Of a DNA stretch of 64,000 bases, positions 1 through 14,030 are shown piece after piece. Location of the stretch: assembly GCA_036172245.1 (NCBI GenBank), contig JAYWIR010000032.1:2108001-2172000 (forward strand), given 5' to 3'. Made by a program: the position numbers and the translations under genes. The DNA is from Raillietiella orientalis (taxonomy: Eukaryota). How positions within the stretch are numbered: position 1 is the stretch's first letter; every line of letters starts with the position of its first letter. The notes beneath the pieces are model-generated. The model was not told the origin of the DNA and ran no database searches. It was given only the letters and a program-made list of their open reading frames with translations.

Positions 1-1399
1 CCTAGCATGTCCCTAGCACTAAAATCATGAAGTACGAGACACATGAGCTGGATTATATGTTCAAGAGAATTTACTGGTTATCGAAACACAAATAACATAC
101 TGCATGCTTATTATAGGGATGCACAATCGTAATTTTCAGAAACCCCATCAAAATTATTTGAATGAGAAATCTTTGCAAGTTTCGCCTGTGCAGTAGTCCT
201 GAAAAAAAAAACAAACAAACACTCGTATGGAGCATTTTTTTTTCATGTGTCATTCTTTTTTTCAACCCGTCTACTTTGAGTTTTTAAATTCAACGGAACG
301 TCAATACTGCCGTTAAAAACTATATGAAAAGATTATCAGTTTTGACTAAAAGATAGTTCTAAAAATAGTACGTATTGATGTCTTTTTTTCTTCTTGATTC
401 TTCAGTTAGGTATGATTTTTAATTTATATGGTTTTCCGATCTGTTTTCCCTACAACAGTTTCCAAAACAGCAGATAGGATTTCTGCCCTCCCACATTTCA
501 ACCTGTATTCTTTGCATAAAACACTTTCAACGTAGTCATCATGATTTTCATTTCAGTCTCATCTAGCAAAGTAAACTTCCTCAGTCCCTATTGAAAAAGG
601 GGTTTATTTGTATTTTTTAAGTTGCGCAGCAAGAACAGCGTACATCTATCTCTCATTTTTCAGGCTGTACACTCCTAGGACTTATTTGGATTAATCTTCG
701 CCTCCCAGCAACATTTTCTTCATCCTATTTATAAGCATCATAATTCCATGCATTCATGTGTAAATCAAGGGTAACATTCAAAATCAGATCAAGTAATTTG
801 ACTCGAACCCAGAGAATTCCACAGAAAGACGAATAAACTAAATAAACAGCCCGGAGAAAATTTGAGAAATACTTGCTCAAATCAATGATTGGTGACCTGA
901 GGATTCTTAAGATCGCAATTTCCAAAGTTCAGTCCCTTTGAATTGCCTTTTATGATATCTTACAAAGAAGGACTGGAGAAATTTACTCCTCCAATCGTTG
1001 GTTGCGGTGTACTTTTATCAATAATGTAGGAAACGTGTGACCCAGACAGCAGAGCAACAAGGTTCCAGCAAATAAGTTGGCAACACCCGATGATGATTCA
1101 GGACTGAAAATAATGACTATAAGGGGATGCTCGTCTTGGACTATACGGTTATGTTTGGTACGTCTCTGTAGTCGGATACCTTATTCTCCTCCCCCTCCCC
1201 CTTTTCCTTTCCCTTTTTTTCATTTTCTTTTTAATGGCATCTAGACTTTTCCATGCTTTTTTCTTTTTCCAGAGAGGAAGCGTAGGGACGGAGGTAAAGA
1301 GCTTTTAAGCAATGTCTTTTATATGCTTTTTCGTTAAAGAAATTAGAACGAAAACTTTCATTTAAAAAAAGTTGCAATTTGGAAATCCTTCAGAAGAAC

Positions 1400-2560
1400 C
1401 TGATTATTCCAGTGTTTTTGAATTCCGAGGGAAGATTCGTGGTATGAACGGTGGACGATTCACTTTATGATTCTGGAACGAAAGAAACACTGCTAAAGTC
1501 AAGGTGTCGCCGAAGTGCCGACACAGTTCACGTCCACGAAAGCACAGTGAGAATTCGCCTTGTGGCTTCGAGTCCGAGAGGTATATTTATTTGGGGGAAA
1601 TTCTCCAACGATTCACGGCAAAGTTTCTGACTTCTGATGCTTTGGAAAGTTTCCGGTCACTCTTGTGAATACGGAATTCACAGAAACCAGAATGGCAGAC
1701 GCAGCCCGGGTTGCAGATTAACAGCAAGCATGTCAGATTAACATAAACCATCTTCAGAATGGAAAGACGCTGCTTTCCATCTGAAGAAGGCCTCAGCTTC
1801 ACTTTTTGTTTCGGACTCGGCTCCCCCGTCATCTGTCGCGACCAGCCGACTGTAGATCTCAAAGGTTTCTGGCGTATCTCTGGAAGCGTCTTTGCCACGA
1901 TTTGTGCCACACTCGCGGACCTCTTCGTGGACTTATCTCTGCCAGCAATGCAAAGAACGCCGCAGGAGTGTGGATGGACGCATTGGAAACACAAAGCCGG
2001 ACTTCCCTCGGGAGAAGCACCGTGGGTTTCCCAGTCCGTAGTCTGATGCGAGGAAAGGCAGCGTGTTCTGGGGCGCTGCGCCCAGCAAAGTTCGGGAAAA
2101 AGAGATCATTCCTTCCCAGTGAAGATGAAATGGCGGTAATACGGGGGAAAAACCAACTTGGTGGTTGGTATGTTGAAATACACAGGGAACAACGCAATCG
2201 TTCCAATGTTTGCAAAGACTATCAGCAGCCGAGAGTGAAAGTCCCGTAAATTGTATGAAGAAATCCACGTCATCTTGAACACAGGATAATGCCGTAGAAT
2301 CTGCAATAACCGCCACAGATTCAGGTTGCAAAAATCCATTCAACCTAAACAAAAGCGTATTCTCGAAAGGAAGGTGATGAGGGAGGAGAGCCTTGTCGGG
2401 GATCACTCCAGGAGGGATGACTCGAAACGCTGGAAAGAGCCGGTCGGATTCGAAACATTAGCGATTCCTGCAGGGAAGGACGCGGCCAAAGGTGACACCT
2501 CAACGAGGAAAGCAGCACTTCGAAACGGAGCAACATAAACCTGACCTGGACACACGTCTA
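1400..2560 (+). mobile_element. Possible highly decayed transposable-element remnant
   Basis: Local GC/CpG enrichment, broken frames and weak endonuclease-like fragments (EGRFVV, IFIWGKF, FTF); not diagnostic. Confidence 0.25.
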
Positions 2561-5500
2561 TTGGAATTTGTCTATTTGAGTGCTTTGCATTTAGAGTAAT
2601 TCTATTGGCAATGTTCCCCGGCTCATACGATCGGGCCATTTATTTATCGTTAATCGTGTTAGTTTTCCATAGAAAGCTTCACTGTTACACCTTGCAGATA
2701 AAGACCGGAAAAAAGGCTTTTCTTACTTAGGCGAGCCACTTCAAACTTTTACCTAGGGCCTGTTTCTCAATCCCTGTTTTATTAATCTCATTCATCTACA
2801 GTGATCCCGGATTATCCATTTGTTGATGGATTCCCCATTCATTTTTCAATCTGAAAAATCCGTTTTTTCAAAAACTCATAACATTTTCCCAAGTTTTTCC
2901 CAAAGTTTTAAGGTGGTAATTATGTTGGCTGCTTCATCAGGATCTTTGATGTAGTATGATGTTGTTAACTGCGTCAAACTTTAAATTGTCACTTAAAAAT
3001 TATAATTAATTAGTTTAAAATTCTTTTTACGAAACACTTGTATTGATGGACTGACAGGACGGAGATTCCAAACAAATAATACATGCTTTATATATGAACT
3101 GCAAAAGTTTTGTGAAATTTAAAATCTGTCTAAAGTCTGTAAGATAAAGCTTTTTTTTCTTCCCCCTCCCTCCCACCAAACACGAACTTATCCTTTTTTC
3201 CAGAGACTAGGTTGAAGCCTGAATTAATGTGCAAAGCTCCAGGTACAAAAGTCAACTATGAAAACAGTAATTTATTTTAAAGTGGTATACAATTAGACAG
3301 AACAATACACTCTTATGGGAACAAGCCAAACAAGTATGCTTTGTTCACAGAACAACTGCCATTACTGACGTGCCATTCAAACCATTAAACTACATGAAAT
3401 ATTTTGATGAGAAAAAATCTCCATCTCCCACCCACCCAAATTGATCCAGTTATTTAATACGAACTTTTAATTTGGCTCTGCTTACTGTAAAATACCTTCA
3501 TTTTTGCCAAAACAATCAAGATCAAATAGTTCTCTAAGATACCCAAGAGTGGGTACTAAGAACCATTCTTCTTAAACATACAGAATAACTGGACTCGCTG
3601 TGTCTCAAACATCAGCATCCACAAGACAGTTTTAAAGTTTCAGGAACAGGGAATGCATGCTGCTGGTTTAAATTTCTCTGAAAATATGAGACTTTCATAA
3701 AAACCTAGCAAAGTGACAACCATAACCTTGCACCAATTTTTTTGAGAGAAAGGTAAAGGACAAGAAGCAAACCAGCAATTGTGAGTCAGGTACCAATGAG
3801 GGACTGTGGAACTTAATAAGGGTGTACAAGATACACAGAACCAAAACCAAGTCAAAGGCATAGTTTCGGATTTTTTTAAGGAGAGAGTATCGTCAATTTT
3901 TGTTGAGAAATTAAAACTGTAATTTGATACTCATCATTGAAACTACGCCAAGTCAGGCTACTCTTGAAACATGAGGAGTGAAAAAAAACCACTTTTGCAC
4001 ACTTTATCCATTTCATGACAGTAAACTTCAATACACTGCAAATATTTCTAATGCAATTTTTAGGCTCCTTCTCAAGTGATCTGCTTGTCTTTCCCAAAAA
4101 GAGATGCTGAAGAAAAACGAAAAGTCAGTACATGGACCTGAACAATGTTTGCATCTATCACAACCTATAGATCTTGCCTATCATGCACATTTCTGAATTG
4201 CTGTTCACCAGGATGGGGAACAGGCACTGCTACTTGCTGGGAGAAACCAAACTCCCATTCACTTTGTGAAATGCATCAAATCTCAATCACACCTTTTGAG
4301 TTTGAACTTCTACTCATGCTGAATATGTCTAGGTTGTTCCATGCACAGACACTACTTACATAAAGAATCTGGAATAATTTCCATTAGAAACAACGGCTAA
4401 TGAGTTCCTAGAAACTTTTTCCTTACAAAGAAACCCAGGGAATGAATAACAATGGAAATGAAAACCAAGCAAGTGCAACCCTATCAGAACGAAAATTAAT
4501 TTACATGGAGAACAAAGAGGAGAAAAGTTATCAACCAACAGACCATCACCTGAATCTAACTTGCACAACTCTTTCCATCCAGCTAAAATACTTTCCAAAA
4601 TATGCCTCGAGAGTGGCCATCTTCAAGAAAACATTCTTGATTGGTGTTACCATTTACTTAATTTAGTTTACATTCATCTGCAAGAATTGCTTTTATCAAC
4701 AAAGAGCTTTTATACTCGTGAACGTCTCCATGCTTCTTCTCAAACGACTCATATTTAATGCGCTTACCTTTATCCTGCATGGCTTATGTTGTAATCCTAA
4801 AATATTTACTTTGCAATAAATTTCAATTATGAAACCTAATCAAATGAAACTACTGAACTAAAAATGTACAAATGCCAAACTTGTCCACTCTATCAAACTT
4901 TATAATAGTTTATATTTGTTTCTAGATGGGTTCAATGAACACTTTTGTTTACTTAGAAAACAATTAATTTTAGGTCTGATGGAAACTTACTTTGAGGAAA
5001 AGAAATGTTTCTCATTTGCATCTCGAGGTCTCATTCTTTTCAACTGTTCTCCTTTTTGCTGTTTCTAAATTCCTTTCTCCTTTGATTCTTTATCTTTCTT
5101 AGAATTCAATTCATTTGCCTAACACCTAAATCTCTGCACCTTAAGGAGTACTAAATGATGTTATGTAACTCTACTGCTGAATTATACTCTTGATGTTCTA
5201 AATCATGTTTTAAACGTTAGTAATAGTTTCTTATTTCTGTCATCAGCAGCATTTGATGTCATCAAAGTTAAGTTAGTAAGTTAGAAAATAGATGCTATCC
5301 AGAATAAATGTGCACATACCCTCAATGATAAATTTTACAGGCTAGCGTTCTAAACAATGCAAAGGCATACTGGAAAACACTTGTACATAAAACGTGTTAT
5401 TGTTACATTCCCGATGTTTTGTTACCTTTCTTTGATAGTGAAAACGGAATATAACTTTTTTACGCTTCACAGAAACAAAAGTGATCTAGGAAAGTAAGTG

Positions 5501-6946
5501 GGCAAAGAAAATATGTTAAAATAATGGAGGTATGATTAATTTCTGGGAATTTTCTGGGCTATAACAAATATCAATTAGAAACCTGACTTTGCCATCGACA
5601 TTTCCTAAAGAAAAAAAAAAAAAATACCAAGCATGTTTCAAAGTTCCATATGTTTCAATTCAATTCAGTGTACCTTACAAAACTTCTAATACCTCAAACT
5701 TCCATGAACTTCTGTTAATTCGAAAATTCCAAATGTGGATTTCACCTTTAATTTGCTAATCTGAAGTTTTCACACAGGTATACTGAGGATATTCATAGAT
5801 AATAGTTAAGAATCTCACACTTGCATGAGATACTATCCCAGTTACAGCATATAGCATAACACCAGTAACTTTCCTGTTCATTTATTCCTTAGACTAAAAA
5901 GTTGAAATTTAAAGTTCTCACAAAAACACAAAGTTATAAAACAAATAAAAATTTCTTCCTTCTTACTATGCAATGAACAAATATTTTATTCGTCACTCCA
6001 GTAGGTTTGATACTTGCATCAGTGTCTGAAAAAATAAAAGAAACATTCATCGGGAAATTCAACCAATCAGTCCATCAAATAGTAGTTGAGAAAATTGATC
6101 AACATCTCAAAGACTGTTAGTAAACTAAGTTGATGATTTCGAAAATTTCATTCATATTGCATATCACGATCATAAAAATCATTCATATCACACATTGAAA
6201 TGAATTTCAGATGTTAAAAATAGTAAAAGCACTTCAGATTTTAAAAATAAGAATACTTTTTACTCATATTTATCTTCAATCTAGATCCTCCAATACACCA
6301 AGCTTTTTAAAACATGTTCTTATAAATCAAAATTAGGTTTGTGTATGTGCTTTACAAATATTAGCATCAATGTCTTCTTGCAAATGCATACCATTTTTTA
6401 AGGATTGCAGTTATTCTACTCAAAATTTTTAGTAAACATTCACAATGCCACAAAATGATAAAGTGAATATTTAATTTTACTTGCCATGCAATAACAAACT
6501 GGAATATCATATGACCAGCAAGACATGTTTGCAGTTTAATGAACATATTGAAAACATATAAGACACAGAAAATACTATAACATATGTATTTTTCTTACAT
6601 CATTGTTGCATACTTTTCAAAGTGAAATTATTATATATTTTATAATATTAAAAGGATAGAAAGCTATTTTACTGTATTTTTTCAAATATTTCGGAATAAA
6701 TAATCGATGAACTTGTTGAAATACTTAAAATGATATACAACAAGAATGAGAACAGAACTGTATCCTACCCCTAAATGGATAGATACATCATAAATCAAGT
6801 ATTTTCAAAGTACGTACTTAGAGCAAGAGAGTTGTTAGCATGCAGTCTGTAAAACCAATAATTAAAATTTTTGCTGCTTAAAAAATAATCTCTATCGTTT
6901 GCAGGGAAAAATGCATGCAAACTTAAAATGTTTTTCAAAAGTTTGC

Positions 6947-9900
6947 CTATTTGTTAAGAACTAACTGTTTGCCACTTCGAGTGATGTGCCCTTCAACATG
7001 TTGCAAATCCGCAAGACCACGATGTTTTAGTTCCTTGCATTCATCCATATGCAGAACTCTTAATTCTTTGGGCCACCACTGTTGATGCAATGCACCTTTA
7101 GGTTCTTCAAACAGAGAGTGCTGGAAATGATCTTTTAGAACACTTGGATTACAACACGCACTTTGAGGGTTATCTTCATAAGGATCAATTTTTTGTTCTG
7201 GTTTGACAATGGCTACAGGTTTATTGAATGAAGTATGCTGTGGAAGGACAATATGTGGATTTGATGCCCACCAAGATGAACTTGTTGGAGAACTACACAA
7301 TGTATAAACAGCACTAATCTGCAAGTCGTTTTCGTTTTCTTCTTCACTGGATACAGTAAGATCAATGATCTCAACATCTGAAGTTGGTTGATGGGAAACA
7401 TTTGCAGGTGAAAATGAAGAGCTTCCGCTTAAAATGGAATTGGGCAAACGCTGGAGCAGTATGAAAAGAGGCTTGCAGTGCCAAAGCAATATTCGAGACC
7501 TTTTGCTTAAACCTGAGAACATTCTCTATTCAAAGAATGGGAATTATACTAGCAAGTCACCTGTTTGGATAACCCGAAGTCTCTCTTGGCGTTGCTGGCG
7601 AGTGAAAGAATAGGAATGAAACCAAGGAAATGACTTGCGATTGGCTACCCTTGTTGTCCGGAATGTAACTTGCCATGGGACTGATGATGATACAGTGGGT
7701 GCTAAGTTTTTTTGAATGAAACGTTCATAACGGGGTACTAGTTGCTGAGTAAGATAAGGAAGACAACTGTTGGTCTGCTGAACTATCCTAAGTCCCAAAG
7801 GAGATGATAAGGGTACATTCAAATAACGTAAAATGGAGAGAGAAATAGTTTCATTTGTTACACTTGTAGGGAGGACACTTTTCTTTGGAAAAAATTTCTG
7901 TTCAACTGGCTGCAATCCATGGAAAGCCAAAAAGTCAATCTAGTGGTTATAGAATTTCAGTAAACATTTCTTGCAAACATTATTCAATAAAACATAAGAC
8001 AATTTTACACTGCTTAAGCATAAATCTCATATCATCTGATGCATTCACCAAAGGACTAAAAGTTCAAAAGTTAAAGTTCAAAATTTCATTCAGTTATACT
8101 TACAGACTCTGCTGCAATTTCTCTAGTAGAAAGTCTATAAGGTATCACAAATAGCTATGACAGCTATGACAGTCTTAAATGACTTAAATAAAATATCTTT
8201 TTAATGATAGGAATACACTTAGAAAGGAACCATATCCCCATGCAGCAAGCAACTTTGCAAAACCAAAACAAAACCCTCTACTGATGTATTCCTTTCTTTC
8301 CTTCCAAAATATCTGAAGCCTGTAGAAGTTAGCAAATCCGGACTAATTCAAATAATAAAGTACGGCAGATACTTATGTCATTTTTTCTTCATTCTCATTC
8401 AATCTATTACACACAGAGAATTTTTGAAATCTGCTTCAAAAACTCCTAATTTATTTCCGAATTTACTGTGACTAAACAACAATAACATACATACATATAT
8501 AAGAGGGAACATGTTAAATTATTTTGAGGTTTGCAAAAATAAGCAATTGCAAAACGCACATCAGAATTAAAACATACGATACAATTAAACAATAAATTGC
8601 TTGCATTTAAGATTTCTTTTTTTTTTTGAGATTCATGTCAATATTACCCACAGACAGGAAAAAACAACTCACTTGTAACCAATTATTAAAAAACGATAAA
8701 CTGATTTTTGAATACTTAACAATGATTGAATAATGAGTCCAATAGAATTTACATTTAAAAAATACAAATCAACACTTAAACAGAAAGTAATAAGAAATTG
8801 TTTCCACAGTGATTCATTACATGTTATTTTGAGAACTGAACACTGATTTATTAACCTGATCTATGCATTCATAATCTTCCTCAATCTCTGCTGGCATATC
8901 AGAGAGACTGGAAGAAGCACTCCCACATTTGTGAGTCTGGAGCAAAGTAATTAGAAAAATTAAATTACATCATTCATTACTCCACCTGTAGCTCTACAGC
9001 ATAATTAAACTTCTGAAGACAAGTTGGACACAAAAAAGAATCTGCTTGAGACCTCTTAGGATGACACTCTGCATCATCTTGTATGCCTTTGGTTGACTGG
9101 GTATTTTCATTATACATTCCTTTATCATACTCCTAAATTAAACAAAGTATGATGCTGATGATGTTGCTCAAACACATACCCTATTCTCATTTCGAAATGT
9201 CACAAGAAGCTTGTTAGTAGAGGTCTCAAGCATTGATGTAGACCCATCATGGTTGTCTTGAAAGTAAAATGCATCCTGATCACGACTGGATACTTCTTGG
9301 CAGAACTTTAATAAGTACTGGCAACCATGAAGTTCATAACAACATTCTACACTTGCTATGAGCTTTTCTCTAATGGCCTATAACAAGATTAGTAACACCA
9401 ACTAATAATTTATATTTAAAATTACAAACTTCTTTCTGATTATGGTTTTTGTTGCGTGCAAATTCAATTAAATTGGGAAATGGGAAATGAGCTGGCCACC
9501 ATTCAGGCTTCTGATTTTTATTTTCAGCAGTATACGAGCATTTAACCAGAAAGGGCAAAAAGCGTGCTAATTCACCCTAAAATATAAAACATATTAGATT
9601 AGAATTAAATAGGTTCTTCAACAACAAAACTCTTAAATTTGGTTATCATATATGATGAGTTTTCATCACATGCTTATTGAATTTCAAGCAAAATGAAAAA
9701 AAAAGAAAAAGAAAGAAAGAAATCCAAAAACAGAGACTGATTCCTTCTAATTCAAAATTTTATCAACTTGCAGTATAAACTACATCTGACTACTGGCAGC
9801 ATTGCTATTACTTATGACAGCCGAACTTAGGAAATGTGTTGAAATCCATAATACCATTATTTTAATTTAAAAAAAAAATCTATTAATGATGAACAAGAAT

Positions 9901-12076
9901 ATGCATTCAATAACTATGAAGTCAAATACATCTTGGCCTTATTTATGGTTTAGAAACCAAAACAAAAAACAAAAAAAAAAACATGACCCCACTGTTTATG
10001 GAATGGAATTATGGAATCCACAGGCACATTCTGTTTCAACATCAAATAGTTTTTTGAATTAGAAAAGGGTTTCAAAGAGTCACTGGATCATTAAATTCAA
10101 TCTATTATATATTCTTTCTTTTGAAAAAACAAAAACAAAAAAGGAATCACAATGATCTACTTCACATGTTGCATGCCATTAAAGCACTGTTTCTTCAAAT
10201 AAAAAAAATCAAATGACCACCACCAAATAGTTTTTTCCTGATGAAATTTAAGATGTAATGTGTAACAAACAGAACATTACATTTTCAGAAGTTAATAGCT
10301 GTACTACTAAACATAAAGTCCAATTCTGATTTCAAGTTCATAAATTTTTCTCCAGTTTTCATTTTTCATCAAATGTTTTCAGACCTCAAATAATCACCTT
10401 CTCAGTTATTTCAGAAGCTCTATTGTATTAGCAATACGCTGATACGTCTAAAAGAAGCATAATAAAAACTAAGCATAAGTCTGCCAATGAATAATTGACT
10501 ATTGCAAATTTGCCAATACAAGATTGCTCTCTAACAGGAAATTTTTTCAATTCACATTTGCATGTTCTTAGGATAAAATCAGCAACTAAAGAACATTCAA
10601 GTTTATGAAGCTTAACCTCTATTCCTTGTAATAATATGGCTGTAATCTATCCATACAAACTTTATTCTCCTTATTCTCCACTAACATCATACTTAAAATC
10701 ACCAAGCCATTCATAATCTTGATAAAACTATTCCCAAAAATTCAAACTGGTATCTGTTACAAAGTTTCAGTTTTAAGAAGTTTTATAATTCACTGTAGCA
10801 ATACCCTATATGGAACCAATCTGAAAAGCATTCAATTTCAATTTTCCATCATTTGACTGTCCACCATCATCTCAGCACTTCAAGATGTTCGTACTGTTGA
10901 TTCTGATTTTTGTGATTTCAACACACTTACTAGATTTTTAAAAACAAACAGCTTCCAGTTTCCCTTTATGTTGATTTTCTCTCATAAATGTTTTTCCTCT
11001 GTCATATCTAACACTACCTTGTACTGTGGACAGTCAAATGATGTCGACAATTTTTTTTTTTCTTGCCATAATTCGTAAGTACACCTTTTTATAAAATCAG
11101 ACAACTGACAAAAAAAATCATTTTTTATTTTTTTAAACTGAAAAGTACCCTAAATCAAAAATTGAGTAGAAATCCAAATACACCAAGTTGAAACACCTCG
11201 AGTTTCTGAGAGCTTCTAATTAGTATCCTTTTATCACAAATGGTTGAAACACAATGCAAAACACGTTGCCACTCTGTTCCTTCTGTCCATTAGCTACTGA
11301 GAGTCTAAAAATCATCCTGTATTTCCCTGTGTCATGTCTGCACTTTTTCTGAAAATCTAAGCATACTTCTCCCTCACCTTCATGTTCACTGTCTTCATCA
11401 AGTTAACTGCTTACATCAATGCACACAGAAGCACATGCTTTCAGTTTCTTTAGTTTCTTTGGCAATCACAAGATAAGTTTATTGGAAGTACAAACCATTA
11501 TTTTACATGGTTTCTTCTCATCATCAAATCATAACCAAGAAACACTGTGATTTCACATAGATTAAAATTATGAACTTCAATTTGATATTGAATCATACTA
11601 CATGTTTGTCATAGGAAACGTAGGGAATGTTTCCTATAAGCATGGTGGAAGCCCATTCAATACGTTCATTCTGAAGGGTTTAGGATAACAATCCTCTCTT
11701 AAGTCGAAATGAGAACTTACCTCTAAAGAATTAAATATACTTTGAACATTTTTTGAGCGATTTTAATCCAGAATTTAGTTATTTTAGTGTATATACAACC
11801 AAAAATCAATCCATTTGATCTTCATTTACCTTAATGGTTATCCCTATGACTTATCATTATCAAGAATTAGTGCTTGCCCCCCAAATTTCCATAATACATA
11901 ATTTTTTCTCTATAAAATCTTTCTAGAGTTCATGAAAAAAAATTATGAGATTACACATTTTAAGCAAAAGTCTATTGAATTACCAGCTTGAGACTGTTCA
12001 GTGATTTTAGTTTGCCCCTAACAAACAGAAGTGGAAGATTAGATGCCATCATACCATGCGGTTTGGTAGTAGACAT
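6947..12076 (-). CDS. Multi-exon gene for a protein with an NRF1/EWG (erect wing)-like DNA-binding domain followed by a C2HC zinc finger; 3' end uncertain
   Basis: Phase-compatible GT-AG exons: 12076-11984, 9576-9430, 9377-9180, 9132-8986, 8936-8856, 7939-7561, 7512-~6950. Spliced product: MSTTKPHGMMASNLPLLFVRGKLKSLNSLKL-GELARFLPFLVKCS...KPEWWPAHFPF...LIASVECCYELHGCQYLL...KLLVTFRNENREYD...CPTCLQKFNYAVELQTHKC. This resembles the NRF1 motifs LPPL..G.P, LRAFIPEMLKYS, KPIWWPEDIPW and IVKNCYKQHG.EDLL. The last exon may stop at 6947 or splice at 6966. Confidence 0.75.
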
Positions 12077-13997
12077 AATTCAAGGCTCTGAAAGAAAATT
12101 GGAACCAATAAAATTTTCAATCACTACATGTCAATGTTATTAATACTATACAATTAAATATGTACTCATTCCGTCAGTCTATATTAAAACTGACTACTGT
12201 AGCTTGCTGCAATTTCTAAACTGCAATGATTTGCAACTACAAACCCATAAAACTGATTCAAGATGACATTTGTTTTGAATAAAAATAATGTATTTGTAGT
12301 TCTGCCACATAATTAAACATAAAGTATCATTTACGTTAATTTAAATGATTACAAGTGTTCATATCAAGTTGTATGCTTGCACATCATTATTGAAGGAGTT
12401 ACGTGATAATCACACATGAAACATCCTGATGAAGTATGACGCCTACATATCGTATAAAAAATTAAATGTTCGCTGCAGTGGGCAAATTTAATTCATTAAT
12501 ACAATGGATTTCTTTAAATACATAAACAGCAGGTCGCAGTGATTATTGAAACGCTCACACTCTTGAGATACTTGTGATTTATTTATGCAATATGAGAACA
12601 GAATAAGGCAAAGTGATAATTTTCATCAGTGCATCTACTTCATAAATCTAATTCTCAGTTTGTTTACGATTCAAAGGAGGTAAATTTCTCTGGATCTACT
12701 TATCAAACTTCAAATGAAGGTGCAAATACGTATAGGAAATAAAGGTTTCTCAGTTTTATTCATACGACTACACGAAGGATGAAACTTTTCCTGGAATTGC
12801 CTGAAATCGGGAAAGAATCTTGATGCTCTTGTACATTTTGACTTTTGTGCGCGCCTGACTCTACAGATTCGATTGCATGAAAGAATTCCAAACATCCGAA
12901 GGTTACGAACAGCCACAACATAGAATGAAAACCATACAAAACCTGGGCCTCGTAATCTGTTTTTTTTTTTGCCCTCCCCCTAAACGGAAGCTTGGGTTTT
13001 TTCCATGAACACCATTACGTACTCTCCAGCATTTCACGTAAACGACACACACTTGGATTTCTCTCTTTCCTATGCACAACCACCAATTTCCGTACTCCAG
13101 CTTCAATCGGAAATGTGTACCGAATGGTTGGACATCGAAACGCAGAAAAACACTTTACAAATTTGTGGGCTGCAGCTGGGGCGGAGCAGCAACGACGGAC
13201 CCGGCTGATTTTAAGGGGCATGGGGCCACCACACTTCGCTGGCTTCGAGCCTGACGGCCCCACGGAGCTTCCTGTCGTTCGAATTGCTGCCCGCCGCTCG
13301 CCCGATCGAACACCACGACAAGTACACCCTCTCTCCGTAAACACCTCGGCGTCTGATTCCCAATTACCGTTTCCTTCTTTCCTTCCTTCCTATCGTTTCA
13401 TGGGCCACAGGGACGTCTTCCACACGAAATTCGTGTGTACTGTGACAGACCAACGCACGCATGCAGCCAAGAAAAGCAGGAGGGAGAGAGAGGGGGGGAA
13501 AAAAAAAGGAGCTTTCCCTTCGTACTTACAATTATGCAAAAAAGCGGCCATACAAGAGGTTCACAACACTGGAGGAATAAAATTGTACATGTGTACAGAT
13601 CGAAAATGCTTCCGCTGGGTAACAATGAGTAGGGAACACATCAGTGATCTCTGATTGGTCAACAATCGAGCCTTTGGCGAACGGAGGGAGAGGTGGAGGG
13701 CTTTGTGCTCCCATGGCATCCGACCTTTGGGATTCGTTTGGGGTTGACGAAAAGCACCGAAAAGGGGAAGAACTCTTCAAGGGACGCTGGATACCTCGGC
13801 TGATAATTTAAGGAAGAGGATTCTTCCTCGCGTTTCCCTTTGGATTTTCTCCCTCATCACCCCCAGTAGCCGAGTATCGGGTTGGCTTCGAGCACATGAT
13901 GGGGGTGTTTCTCTATTGCTCCCAACAAATAATCCAACGACTGCCTATCAATCTGTTAGATTACCAACTCTTGCCTTATTCGCAAATGGGATTCGCA

Positions 13998-14030
13998 GTC
14001 TCCTCTCCCTCTCTCTCTCCCTCTCTCTCT
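13998..14030. repeat. Imperfect (CT)n microsatellite
   Basis: tctcctctccctctctctctccctctctctctt read directly. Confidence 0.7.

Noticed and set aside
12992..13654. 220-aa ORF and a tRNA-like ggcttcgagcc hairpin near 13220-13262
   Set aside because: The ORF has no recognisable motifs and runs through simple sequence. The paired arms span only ~40 nt with no cloverleaf. More likely CpG-rich upstream/promoter DNA.
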